This document shows, in pieces, positions 41,903-55,284 of a stretch of 64,000 nucleotides of DNA. The notes under the pieces are model-generated. The model saw only the letters and a list, made by a program, of their open reading frames with translations, was not told where the DNA came from and made no database searches. The stretch's first letter is position 1. Each line of letters opens with the position of its first letter. Source of the stretch: Octopus vulgaris (taxonomy: Eukaryota); NCBI GenBank assembly GCA_951406725.2, contig OX597826.1, positions 76,818,001 through 76,882,000 on the forward strand. The letters are read 5' to 3'. Position numbers and translations under genes: made by a program.

Positions 41903-42305
41903 GGCGCAGGAGTGGCTGTGTGGTAAGTAGCTTGTTTACCAACCACAGGGTTCCGGGTTCAGTCCCACTGCATGGCACCTTGGGCAAGTGTCTTCTATTA
42001 TAGCCTCGGGCCGACCAAAGCCTTGTAAGTGGATTTGGTAGACGGAAACTGAAAGAAGCCCGTCGTATATATGTATATATATATAGCTGTGCGTGTATGT
42101 TTGTGTGTCTGTGTTTGTCCCCCAGCATTGCTTGACAAACGATGTGTTTACGTCCCCGTCACTTAGCGGTTCGGCAAAATAGACCGATAGAATAAGTACT
42201 GGGCTTACAAAGAATAAGTCCCGGGGTCGAGTTGCTCGATTAAAGGTGTTACTCCAGCATGGCCGCAGTCAAATGACTGAAACGAGTAAAAGAGTAAAGA
42301 GTAAA
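41903..42305 (+). mobile_element. SINE family B, full length
   Basis: Box A tggctgtgtgg, box B gggttcagtccc, CORE-like ggcaccttgggcaagtgtctt, internal (TA)/(TG) linker, tail ending (gtaaaga)n. Confidence 0.88.
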
Positions 42306-43599
42306 GAGTGTATACACATGTGTGTATGCGTGTGTTTGTGTGTGTGTGTGCGTGTGTGTGTGTGTGAACTCAGAGTGAGAAAGAAAGAAAGAAAGAAAGA
42401 AGGAAAGAAAGAAAGAAGGAAAGAAAGAAAGTAAGGAGGAGAGATGCAGGATTTGGAGTAATGAGGAGACAAACGTATATATATATATCTCTCTCGTACA
42501 CACAATTAAATTGAACCGATGTTTAAAATATATTGATTACTAATTAGACTACACACGCACGAATATGCATGCATGCATATATATATATATGTGTATATAT
42601 GTTTGTGTGTTTTTCTGTGTGTGTGTGTGTTTATGTATGTATGCATGTATGCATATGTATATGTGTGTGTATTACGCCTCTGTGTACAATTTATTAGATG
42701 CCAACCAATTACTGTTTTTGAGTTATTCCATATAATTTGCTTTCTCCTTTTTTTTTTTTTTTGGTTTAACTTGAAGTTGCTGCCTACATATGACTTATAA
42801 GTAAAATTGCTTTTATTAATAATGCAATTTCAGAATTAAATATTGTTATTCAATATTTAGAATTATAAATGTTTTGGTACTAATTTGTAATGTAAACACA
42901 TCGGTTTTTTTTTATAGAAATATATTGCCTTTGCTGCACACATAAACATATTCACAGAAATATACTTAAACGCAAACATATGTGTGTGCATATTTATGTG
43001 TATACACACACAAATGTGGTTATATATATATATTTGTATGTGTGTGTGTGTGTGTATGCATACGTATATATACAAACAACACATATTTATAAATGTGTGC
43101 ACAAATATATGTGTGTGTGTGTATTTATGTCAATTAATATATATAACATTCTCTGAGAAATAATTAAAATGAATAAAATATTTATTAATATTTTCATCAA
43201 TATTTGTTTAAAATTAATTAGCAACTACTATCATTTTTCTGTTATTGTTGTTATTATCGTCGTCGTCGTTGTCATCATCATCATCATCATCATTACTACT
43301 CGCTGTTGACTTGTTCGTGTGTGGTTTTAATATCACATTTGGTGACTCTGGCGTCTACAAATTTAAACTTCGTAAAGTATACTTTTAAATACATTTTCAT
43401 GCAGAGAATTCGAACACTTCGGAATTTGTCGAAACAGGGTCTGAAATAAGAGAAAAAATCTTCTGGTGGAAACTTTAGGATTATGTCTCTTCTTCTCTGC
43501 AAACGTGCAAATGATGTTGTAGCGGAAACTCTACAAATCCAAAATCTACGACGAGGAACACGATTTCTTTGGTAAACACAGGGAAGAATGAAATGTTAG

Positions 43600-43906
43600 A
43601 GGCAAGTAGAGACACCGTTTTTCGCTATGCAACCATAACATACAAACGACTTACAAGTCGATATTGTGTCTTACTGTGCTAACAGTGGTATTTCTTTAGA
43701 GATTATAACCAGCACAATAATTTCTATAGAAAATCTGTAGAGAAATTAAGCATATGTATATCCTTAACAAGAAGAATGAAAGGGAAACTAATACCAATTT
43801 ACTAAGATGTATATCTTGCTTCAGGGTCAAAAATATTGACTCTTGTTCGTCAATATTGTCATATTGAAAACAAGGTCAAGTGAAAGGCAAAAACTTGTCA
43901 TGGGTG
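43600..43906 (+). pseudogene. Decayed R4/Dong-type RT, part upstream of the array
   Basis: With frameshifts: Y.TIT...TTYKSIL (cf. YRPITCL.T.YK), G.K..LL.VN..IL (cf. GCK+QLL+D..IL), KNLS..W at 43888-43906 (cf. KNLS+AW). Confidence 0.55.
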
Positions 43907-46900
43907 GTTCGCCAATCGAGATCGACGAAATGACTTAGCGTGTCACCAATCGAGATCGATAAAATGACGTAGCGGATCTCCAATGGAGTTCGATAAAATG
44001 ATATAGCGGTTCGCCAATCGAGTTCGATAAAATGACATATCGGTTCGCCAATCGAGATCGATGAAATGAATTAGCGGTTCGCCAATTGAGATCGATGAAA
44101 TGACATAGCGGTTCGCTATCGAGATCGATAAAATGACATGGCGGTTCGCCAATCGAGATCGAGAAAATGACGTAGCGGTTCGTTAATCAGGATCGATAAA
44201 ATGACAAAGCGGTTCGCCAATCGAGATCGCTAAAATGACATAGCGGTTCGTCAATCGAGATCGATAAAATGACATACTGGTTCGCTAAACGAGATCGATA
44301 AAATAACATATCTCGCGAATCGAGATCAATAGAATGACATATCGGTTCGCCAATCGAGATCGATAAAATGACTTAGAGGTTCGCCAATCGTGATCGATAA
44401 AATGACATAGCGGTTCGCCATTCGAGATCGATAAAATGACATAGCGGTTCGCCAATCGAGATCGATAAAATGACATAGCGGTTCGCAAATCAAGATCAAT
44501 AAAATGACTTAGTGGTTCTCCAATAGAGATCGATAAAATGACATAGCGGTTCACCAATCGAGATCGATAAAATGACAGCGGTTCGCCAATCGAGATCGAT
44601 AAAATGATGAAGCGGTTCGCTAATCAAGATCGATAAAATGACATAGCGGTTCGATAATCAAGATCGATAAAAGGACATATCGGTTCGCCAATCGAGATCG
44701 ATAAAATGACTTAGCGGTTCGCCAATCGAGATCGATAAAAAGACATATCGCTTCGCGAATCGTGATCGATAAAATGACATAGCGGTTCGCCAATCGAGAT
44801 CGATAAAAGGACATTCCGGTTCGCCAATGGAGATCGATAATATGACATAGCGGTTCGCCAATCGAGATGGATAAAATGACATAGCGGTTCATCACTCGAG
44901 ATCGATAAAATGACATAGCGGTTCGCTAATCGAGATCGATAAAAAGACATATCGGTTCGCCAATCGAGATCGATAAAATGACATAGCGGTTCGCCAATCG
45001 AGATCGATAAAATGACATAGCGGTTCGCCAATCGAGATCGATAAAATGACATAGCGGTTCGCCAATCGAGATCGATAAAAGGACATAGCGATTCGCCAAT
45101 CGAGATCGATAAAAGGACATAGCGGTTCGCCAATCGAGATCGATAAAAGGACGTAGCGGTTCGCTAATGGAGATCGATAAAAGGACATACCGGTTCGACA
45201 ATGGAGATCAATAATATGACATAGCGGTTCGGCGATTGAGATCGATAAAATAACATAGCGGTTTGCCAATCGAGATGGATAAAATGACATTGCGGTTCAT
45301 CACTCGAGATCGATAAAATGACGTAGCGGTTCGCTAATCGAGGTCGATAAAAAGACATATCGCTTAGCCAATCGAGATCGATAAAAGGACATAGCGGTTC
45401 GCCAATCGAGATCGATAAAACGACATGTCCTTTTATCGAAATCGATAAAAGGACATAGCGGTTCGTCAATTGAGATCGATAAAAAGACATAGCGGTTCGC
45501 CAATCGAGATCGATAAAAGGACATAAAAGGGTCGCCAATGGAGATCGATAATATGACATAGCCGTTCGGCAAGTGGGTTCGATAAAAATTACGTAGCGGT
45601 TCGCTAATCGAGATCGATAAAAATGACATAGCGGTTCATCACTCGATATCGATAAAATGACATAGCGGTTCGCCAATCGTGATCGATAAAAGGACATAGC
45701 GGTTCGCCAATCGGATCAATAAAAGGACATAGCGGTTCGCCAATGGAGATCGATAAAATGACATAGCGGTTCGCCATTCTAGATCGATAAAATGACATAG
45801 CGGTTCGCCAATCTAGATCGATAAAATGACATAGCGGTTCGTCAATGGAGATCGATAAAATGACATAGCGGTTCGACTTTCTAGATCGATAAAATGACAT
45901 AGCGGTTCGCCAATGGAGATCGATAAAAAGACAGCGGTTCGCCAATGGAGATCGATAAAATGACATAGATGTTCGCCAATCGAGATCGATAAAATGACAT
46001 AGCGGTTCGCCAATAGAGATCGATAAGATGACGTAGCGGTTCGCCAATCGAGATCGATAAAAGGACATAGCGGTTCGCTAATTGAGATCGATAAAAGGAG
46101 AAAGCGGTTCGCTAATAGTGATCGATAAAAGGACATACCGGTTCGCCAATGGGGAACGATAATATGACATAGCGGTTCGGCAATCGAGATCGATAAACTG
46201 ACATAGCGGTTCATCACCCGAGATCGATAAAATGACAAAGCGGTTCGCCAATCGAGATCGATAAAAAGATATATCACTTCGCCAATCGAGTTCGATAAAA
46301 GGACATAGCGGTTCGCCAATGGAGATCGATAAAATGACATAGCGGTTCGCCAATCGTGATCGATAATAGGACATAGCGGTTCGCTAATGGAGATCGATAA
46401 AAGGACATACCGGTTCGCCAATGGACATCGATAATATGACATAGCGTTTCGGCAATTAGGATCGACAAAAATGACGTAGCGGTTCGCTAATTGAGATCGA
46501 TAAAATGACATAGCGGTTCGGCAATCGAGATCGATAAAATGATGTAGCGGTTCGCTAATCGAGATCGATAAAATGACATAGCGGTTCGCTAATCAAGATC
46601 GATAAAAGGACATAGCGGTTCGCCAATCGAGATCGATAAACGGACATAGCGGTTCGCCAATCGAGATCGATGAAATGATAAATCGGTTCGCGAATAGAGA
46701 TCGTTAAAATGACATCGGTTAACCAATCGAGATCGATAAAATGACATAGAGGTTCGCCAATCGAGAACGATAAAAGGACATAGCGGTTCGCTAATCAAGT
46801 TCGATAAAAGGACAAAGCGGTTCGCCAATCGAGATCGATAAAATAACATAGCGGTTCGCTAATGGTGATCGGTAAAAGGACATACCGGTTCGCCAAGGGA

Positions 46901-49900
46901 GATCGATAACATGACATAGCGGTTCGGCAATTGAGATCGATAAAATGACGTAGCGGTTCGCTAATCGAGATCGATAAAATAACATGGCGGTTTGCCAATC
47001 GAGATCGATAAACTGACATAGCGGTTCATCATTCGAGATCGATAAAATGACATAGCGGTTCGCTAATCGAGATCGATAAAAAGACATATCGCTTCGCGAA
47101 TCGTGATCGATAAAATGTCATAGCGGTCCGCCAATCTAGATCGATAAAAGGACCAAGCGGTTCGCCAATCGAGATCGATAAAATGACATAGCGGTTCGCC
47201 AATGGAGATCGATAAAATGACATAGCGGTTCGCCAATCGAGATCGATAAAGGGACATAGCGGTTCGCCAATCGAGATGGATAAAATGACGTAGCGGTTCG
47301 CTAATCGAGATCGATAAAAGGACATATCGGTTCGCTAATTGAGATCGATAAAAGGACATAGCGGTTCGCCAATCGAGATCGATAAAATGACATAGCGGTT
47401 CGCCAATCGAGATCGATAAAAGGACATAGCGTTTCGCCAATCGACATTGATAAAATGACATAGAAATTCGCCAATCCAGATCGATAAAAGGACACAGCGG
47501 TTCGCCAATCGAGATCGATAAAATGACATGTCTGTTCGACAATCGAGATCGATAAAATGACATAGTGGTTCGCCAATCGAGATCGATAAAATGACATAGC
47601 GATTCGCCAATCGAGAACGATAAAATGACATAACGGTTCGGCAATTGAGATCGAGGAAATGACGTAGCGGTTCGCCAATCGAAATCGATAAAAGGACCTA
47701 GCGCTTCACCAATCGGGTTCGATAAAACGACATAGCGGTCCGTCAATCGAGATCGATGAAATGAATTAGCGGTTCCCCAATCGGTTAGCCAAACGAGATC
47801 GATAAAATGAAAGCGTGTCACAAATCGAGATCGATAAAATAATGTAGCGGTTCTGCAATGGAGTTCGATAAAATGACGTAGTGGTTCTCCAATCGAGATC
47901 GATAAAATGACATATCAGTTCGCCAATCGAGATTGATAAAATGACTTAGCGGTTCGCCAATTGAGATCGATGAAATGACATAGCAGTTCGCTATCGATAT
48001 CGACAAAATGACATAGCGGTTCGCCAATCGAGATCGATAAAATAAAATAGCGGTTCGCCAATCGGGATCGATAAAGGGATATAGCGGTTCGCCATCGCGA
48101 TCAATAAAAGGACATAGAGGTTCGCCAATCGAGATCGATAAAATGACATAGCGGTTCGCCAATCGAGATCGATAAAATGACGTAGCGTTTCGCTAATCGA
48201 GATGGATTAAATGACATGGCGGTTCGCTAATCGATATGGATAAAATGACATAGCGTTTCGTCAATCGAGATCGATAATATGACCTATTGGTTCGCAAATC
48301 GTGATCGATAAAATGACATAGCGTTTCGCCAATCTAGATCGATAAAATAACATAGCTTTTCGCCAATCGAGATCGATGAAAGGACATAGCGGTTCGCTAA
48401 TCGAGATCGATAAAAGGACATAGCGGATTCGCCAATCGAGATCGATAAAATGACATAGCGGTTCGCCAATCGAGATCGATAAGATGACATAGCGGTTCGC
48501 CAATCGTGATCGATAAAATGCATTAGCGATTCGCAAATCGAAATCGATAAAAGGACATAGCGGTTCGCCAATCGAGATCGATAAACTGACATAGCGGATC
48601 GGCAATCGAGATCGATAAAGTGACGTAGCGGTTCGCAAATCGAGATCGATAAAATGACACAGCGGTTTTCCAATCGGGATCGATAAAATGACATAGCGGT
48701 TCGTCAATCGAGATCGGTAAAATGACATAGCGGTTCGCTAATCTAGATCGATAAAAGGATATTGCGGTTCGCCAATCGAGATCGATAAAATGACATAGCG
48801 GTTCGCCAATCGTGATCGATAAAAGGACATATCCGTTCGCCAATCGTGATCGATAAAAGGACATAGCGGTTCGCCAATCGAGATCGATAAAATGACATAG
48901 CGGTTCGCCAATCGAAATCGATAAAATGACATAGTGGTTCGCCAATCGCGTTCGATAAAATGAGCTAGTGGTTCGCCAATCGAGATCAATAAAAGGACAT
49001 AGCGGGTTGCCAATCGAGATCGATAAAATGACATAGCGGTCCGCCAATCGAGATCGATAAAATGACGTAGCGGTTCGCTGGTCGTGATCGATAAAATGAC
49101 ATAGCGGTTCGCAAATCAAGATCAATAAAATGACTTAGTGGTTCTCCAATCGAGATCGATAAAATGACATAGCGGTTCGCCAATCGAGATGGATAAAATG
49201 ACATAGCGATTCGCCAATCGAGATTGATAAAATGACATAGCGGTTCGCCAACCGAGATCGATAAAAGGACATAGCGGTTCGCCAATCGATTCGATAAAAT
49301 GACATAGCGGTTCGCCAATCGGGATCGATAAAAGGACATATCGGTTTGCCAATCGTGATCGATAAAAGGACATAGCGGTTCGCCAATCGAGATCGATAAA
49401 ATGACATAGCGGTTCGCCAATCGAGATCGATAAAAGGACATAGCGGTTCGCCAATCGAGATCGATAAAATGACATAGCGGTTCGCCAATCGAGATCGATA
49501 AAAGGACATAGCGTTTCGCCAATCGAGATCGATAAAATGACCTAGCAATTCGCCAATCGAGATCGATTAAATGACATAGCGGTTCGGCAATTGAGATCGA
49601 GGAAATGACGTAGTTGTTCGCCAATCGAGATCGATAAAATGACATAGCGGTTTGCCAATCGAAATCGATGAAAGGACATATCGGTTCGCCAATCGAGATC
49701 GATAAAAGGACAAAGCGGTTCGCAAATCAAGATCAATAAAATAACATAGCGGTTTGCCAATCGAGATGGATAAAATGAGGTAGCGGTTCGCTAATCGAGA
49801 TGGATAAAATGACAAAGCGGTTCGCCAATGGAGATCGATAAAATGACATATCGGTTCGACTTTCTAGATCGATAAAAAGACATATCGCTTCGCTAATCGA

Positions 49901-50622
49901 GATCGATAAAATGACATATCCGTTCACCAATCGAGATCGATAAAATGAATTAGAGTTTCGCCAATCGTGATCGATAAAATGACATAGCGGTTCGCCATTC
50001 GAGATCGATAAAAGGACATAACGGTTCGCCAATCGAGATCGATAAAAGGATATAGCGGTTCGCCAATCGAGATCGATAAAATGACATAGCGGTTTGCCAA
50101 TTGAGATCGATAAAAGGACATAGCGGTTCGCCAATCGAGATCGATAAATTGACATAGCAATTCGCCAATCGAGATCGATAAAATGACATAGCGGTTCGGC
50201 AATTGAGATCGAGGAAATGGCGTAGTGGTTCGCCAATCGAGATCGATAAAAGGACATAGCGGTTCGGCAATCGAGATTGGTATAATGACATAGCGGTTCG
50301 CCAATCGAGATCGTTTAAATGACATAGCGGTTCGCCAATCGAGATCGATAAAATGACATAGCGTTTCGCCAATCGAGATCGATAAAATGACATAGCGGTT
50401 CGCCAATCGAGGTCGATAAAATGACATAGTGGTTCGCCAATCGAGATCGATAAAATAACATAGCAGTTCGTCAATCGAGTTCGATAAAATGACATAGCGT
50501 TTCGCTAATCGAGATCGACAAAATGACATAGCGGTTCGCTTTGGGGATCGATAAAATGACATAGCTTTTCGGCAATCGATTTCGATGAAATGACATAGCA
50601 GTTCGCCAAACATAGATCGACA
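43903..50622. repeat. 34-bp tandem satellite array, ~197 copies, consensus GCGGTTCGCCAATCGAGATCGATAAAATGACATA
   Basis: Unit read directly; the 34-aa periodicity of minus-strand ORFs equals three 34-bp units; no spacers between units. Confidence 0.97.
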
Positions 50623-51500
50623 ACAAAATATATTTGACAGCAAGCCACACTCTTTGACAGAGAGGGATCTCAGATTTCCAAACTCTGCTCGATCACCATC
50701 AAAGTTATCACTGGCCGTAAAAGATGACGCTGAATATCCACAATACAAATGCGTTGTCTGCATCCTACGCAATCAACGCAACAATTGGAATCTTCCAGTG
50801 GATCTTACACACAAGCATTTTACGTATTGACGGAACAACACAAGTTGAGGTGGTAACTCACATAATAAGAAAATAAACCATTTGTTCTGTATTAATACCC
50901 TCAAGATGTGTCCGCAGCATAAGTATTTCTTCTATGATGTCAAAGTGCAACAAGGAATCGGCGAGTATTCTAAATTTCCCTTCGGGTTATATGAAAATAG
51001 AAAACCTGACTCTGACTGATGGATTCATACTTAAAGATTGCCTCTTTGATCAAAGAACCCGATCAAGATATATAAAACTACCTGGGAGTGTTGACAAAAG
51101 AAGATCCGGAAATATTACAGGAAAATACGTCTGACATTTTGAGCGAATTCAATGCGGTTCACAGGTTGAAATCAATCAAGTCCCGACTTAACCCGTATAA
51201 TACCCGACTTAACGCACAACTACACTGTGTACAACTGAAAACTGAACGATACCAAGAGACTGGACTCCAAGACGTTCGAGTTGTTGATTGTAATACACCA
51301 CTTGAAAGCAAATCCCTACGCGTTCTAGCTTCTAAGGGATTTACGGGGACAAAGCATTGGCTAACACGAACTGACCTTCAAAATTATATCTTTTCATCTT
51401 GACATCAGTTTAACAAAAGCAGAGTGAATCATTAAATATCAGATCAAATTGAAAAAGTGTATTTTCAATCGCTCAGGCCGCTCGAAGTTTCCTTTATGTC
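50616..51500 (+). pseudogene. Decayed R4/Dong-type RT, part downstream of the array
   Basis: Motifs in correct order: ID.K..FDSKPHS (50616-50653), GIFQ (50787), KINHLFCINTLKM (50870; cf. INHL.YMDDLKL), NYLGVL (51076), RLKSIKSRLNPYN, LDSKT..LL...HHLKA. Confidence 0.75.
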
Positions 51501-51575
51501 AGCTATCAAAATTAGTTCGCAAACTTCTGCTCTTCAGTCAAGGGTGTGGCACAACATCGATGCTCTCTCTACTCT

Positions 51576-51978
51576 CTCTTTTACTTGTTTCAGTCATTTG
51601 ACTGCGGCCATGCTGGAGCACCGCCTTTAGTCGAGCAAATCGACCCCGGGACTTATTCTTTGTAAGCCCAGTACTTATTCTATTGGTCTCTTTTGCCGAA
51701 CCACTAAGTGACGGGGACGTAAACACACCAGCATCGGTTGTCAAGCAATGCTAGGGGGGCAAACACAGACACACAAACACACACACATACACATACATAT
51801 ATATATAGATATATACGACAGGCTTCTTTCAGTTTCCGTCTACCAAATCCACTCACAAGGCATTGGTTGGCCCGGGGCTATAGCAGAAGACACTTGCCCA
51901 AGATGCCACGCAGTGGGACTGAACCCGGAACCATGTGGCTGGTTAGCAAGCTACTTACCACATAGCCACTCCTACGCT
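51576..51978 (-). mobile_element. SINE family B, full length
   Basis: Reverse complement of 41903-42305 at high similarity. Confidence 0.88.
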
Positions 51979-52339
51979 CATTTACTATTCCATCACTTCT
52001 CACAAACATTTCAGCGAAGTCTTATCCAAAAACCAAAAAAAAAAGTAAAGAAAGACCAAGCAGTCTATTCGGATCGAACATCAGGCCCCAATTGGATCCA
52101 CCAAAGAACAGAATATAGCTTTGATCCCACACTGACAATTATCCACTCAAGTTCTTAAAAAGTTCTTTATTCCTCTTTGCCAAAATTCACGCATCGTTTC
52201 TTGGACAATCGTTTACCGTTTCACTCCAATGAAATAGTCATGATATCCTCTCTTCTTACCATTCATATATAATGCTTTCTAAAACCAGTATTTTGAGTAT
52301 TTCGACTAATTTTTTGTCTTTTGGTTTGTTTTTGTGTGT

Positions 52340-52720
52340 GTGTGTTCTCCATTAATAAGACAAGCGTGGTCTCCGACAGTTCCTATTTAATTAACTCGTT
52401 AATTCCTTCTCTCTAAGCATTCTGCTGGGAATGATGCCTTCAAATTCTAGTTCCGTGTTCATCTCCCGAAAACCTATCTAGTTTTACAGTAAAGTACATA
52501 ACTTTGAGGTTTGTATAGCTAACTTCGATAACCGGTGAACATCTGTCTCTTTGATAGTTTTGCAAATTCGACATCGAATCCCCGTTGTTGTTTCACCAAG
52601 TCCATATCAGTTAATTCAGGAAATACTTTCGAAACCTATCAGACTGGACCATTCCAATCTTCCATTAAATCTAATGAGTAAGTTATTTCTACGAAAGTGG
52701 CCCAAATTCCCGATGAAACC
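52340..52720 (-). pseudogene. Decayed AP-endonuclease of an RTE-type LINE
   Basis: Minus strand LMEDWNGPV (cf. MGDFNA.V), YGLGET..NG, GDH..LI in the expected order. Confidence 0.45.
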
Positions 52721-52779
52721 AACCGATTAATCATACAGGCCATAAAGCAAGCATAGTTTTTATGCAAAAATTCGAATCT

Positions 52780-53730
52780 TTGCGGAACACCGCAGTCCCC
52801 GGACCCGGTGGAATTTGAACTCAGAACGTAGAGACGAAAGAAAATCATTTTTCTCAATGTGCTAAAGATTGAGCCAGCTTGATACCTGTTTAAAATTTGA
52901 GCACAAGGCCAGCAATATTTTTGTGGGATGGGCTCAGTCATTTACATCGACCACAGCACTTGACTGATATTATATTTTATCGATAATGAAAAGTAAAGTT
53001 GACCTCGGCGGGATTTGAACCCATAATGTAAACAACCGGAAGAAATTCTGCTGGCCTTTTTGTCCGATGTGTGAAAAATTCTGCCATTGAAATGTTATTG
53101 TTACAACAATAACTCTTCCCACAAACGGCACAAAACCTGGAGTTTTAAGAGAGAGGGTTAATCGATTACATCGATCTTAAGGGTCAGTTGGCTCTTATTT
53201 TATCAATCCCGAAAAAGTGAATGACAAAGTAGACCATGGCGGAATTTGAACTCAGAACTTAAAGCTGGGAGAAATGCACCAAGCACCTTATCCGACGCGC
53301 TAACAGCTCTGCAAGCTCACCATTTTGTTTCAAACGTTCGCACGAGGCCAGCAACTTTAGTGAGAAAGGGTTAATCACTTACAAAGACTCCAGGACTTGA
53401 TTGAAGCTTAATTTTATCGACCCTGGAGATCTGAAAGGCATAGTTGAGTTCGCCGGGATTGGAACTCAGAAAGTAAAGACGAACGAAATGCCGCTAAGCA
53501 ATAATAATAATAATAATAACAATAATCCTTCCTACTGGCGACACAAGGCCTCAGATTGGTAGGGAGGGGACCAGTCGACCCCAGTGTTTCACTGGTACTT
53601 AATTTATGGACCCTGAAAGGATAAAAAGCAAAGTCAACCTCCGCGGAACTTGAACTCAGAACGCAGCGATAGGCGAAATATCGCTAAGCATTTCGTGCAG
53701 CGGGCTAACGTTTCTGCCAGCTCACCTTAT
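52780..53730 (-). mobile_element. Head-to-tail stack of about five SINE family A copies
   Basis: ggcggaatttgaactcagaa-like motif near 52808, 53008, 53238, 53453, 53643. Confidence 0.8.
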
Positions 53731-53778
53731 TATCATTATTATTATTAATTATTATTACTACTAATACTACTACTACTA

Positions 53779-53844
<66 letters not shown>

Positions 53845-53910
53845 GATAGATAGATAAAGAGAGAGAGAGACAGACAGGCAAATAGACAGAGAGAGAGAGA
53901 GATGGAAGAA

Positions 53911-53944
<34 letters not shown>

Positions 53945-53973
53945 CATACACACAGACAGACACATAGATAGAC

Positions 53974-54006
<33 letters not shown>

Positions 54007-54434
54007 TAGTTAGGTGGCTTATAACAGTGATAAGTCCGATGATTGCTAGCGTTAGTTATTGATGAGGAGGTAAGAAGCTGTAACAAAATGAAAAAGGAAA
54101 AGAATTCAATTAATTTTCTCCAGAAACTGGTATTTGTTTAAATGATTCAAGAGCGAACCTTCTTCCTCTCACGGTATCTTAACTTTCCGTGGCTTTCCTC
54201 TGCAGAGATATTCCTGTGTTGTGTGTTGCGATCTTTGTTTTTATTGGTTGATTGCTGCTCCTTTTCCATTGTTTGTTGTGTGTCTTTGAACGCAACGTTG
54301 ATTGATTAGTTGGTTTCCTCGGTTTTCTCCTATCCTGTTGTTTTTTTTTGTTTATTGTCTTATTTTTTTGCTTATTATTTATTTGTTTGCTGCGCCCTCT
54401 GCTCCGTTGTGGTGTATTGTGTGTCGTATATGCA

Positions 54435-54741
<307 letters not shown>

Positions 54742-55252
54742 AAATGGGGTAGTTGGTGTATGAGGTCAGATGTTAGCGGAAAACGAAGAGACAAAAGGAA
54801 AAAAAAATAATAATCCGACAAACTAAGGATTTTGAAGATAACAGAAGCGTAAAAAAATCGGAAGGAGGAGATATATATATAGAGGGAGACAGATAGAGAG
54901 AAACAGAGAGACAGAGAGGGGGTGAGAGTGAGGGAATGAGAGAGAGAGAGAGGGGATGATGGCGGAAGGTGAAGAGAGGTTAAATGTCATAGAAAAATAA
55001 ACAAACATGAGCGATATGAGGTATAGCATACGGGAAATGTGAATGCCTGAAAAAGAAAAAAAAAACAGAAAAAAAGAAAGAAAAGAAGAGACGGGAGTAG
55101 AGAGAGAACGTGGCGGAGGAGACAGAGAGAGGGGTGTTTGGTAATTGGTTAGCTTTAAAGATAATAATGATTCCGTTATATTTCGATTTCCCTTGGGTGA
55201 GGTTATATCTACTTTCACACAGACACACACACATATGGTGGCAGTGTGTAGA

Positions 55253-55284
<32 letters not shown>

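Noticed and set aside
43903-50622. CRISPR array
   Set aside because: Repeat length and internal dyad are CRISPR-like, but units abut with no unique spacers, there are no cas genes, and the context is eukaryotic.
43943-50772. Repeat-protein CDSs on the minus strand
   Set aside because: The same peptide appears in all three frames because 34 is not a multiple of 3; frequent stops and indels; no unique domain.
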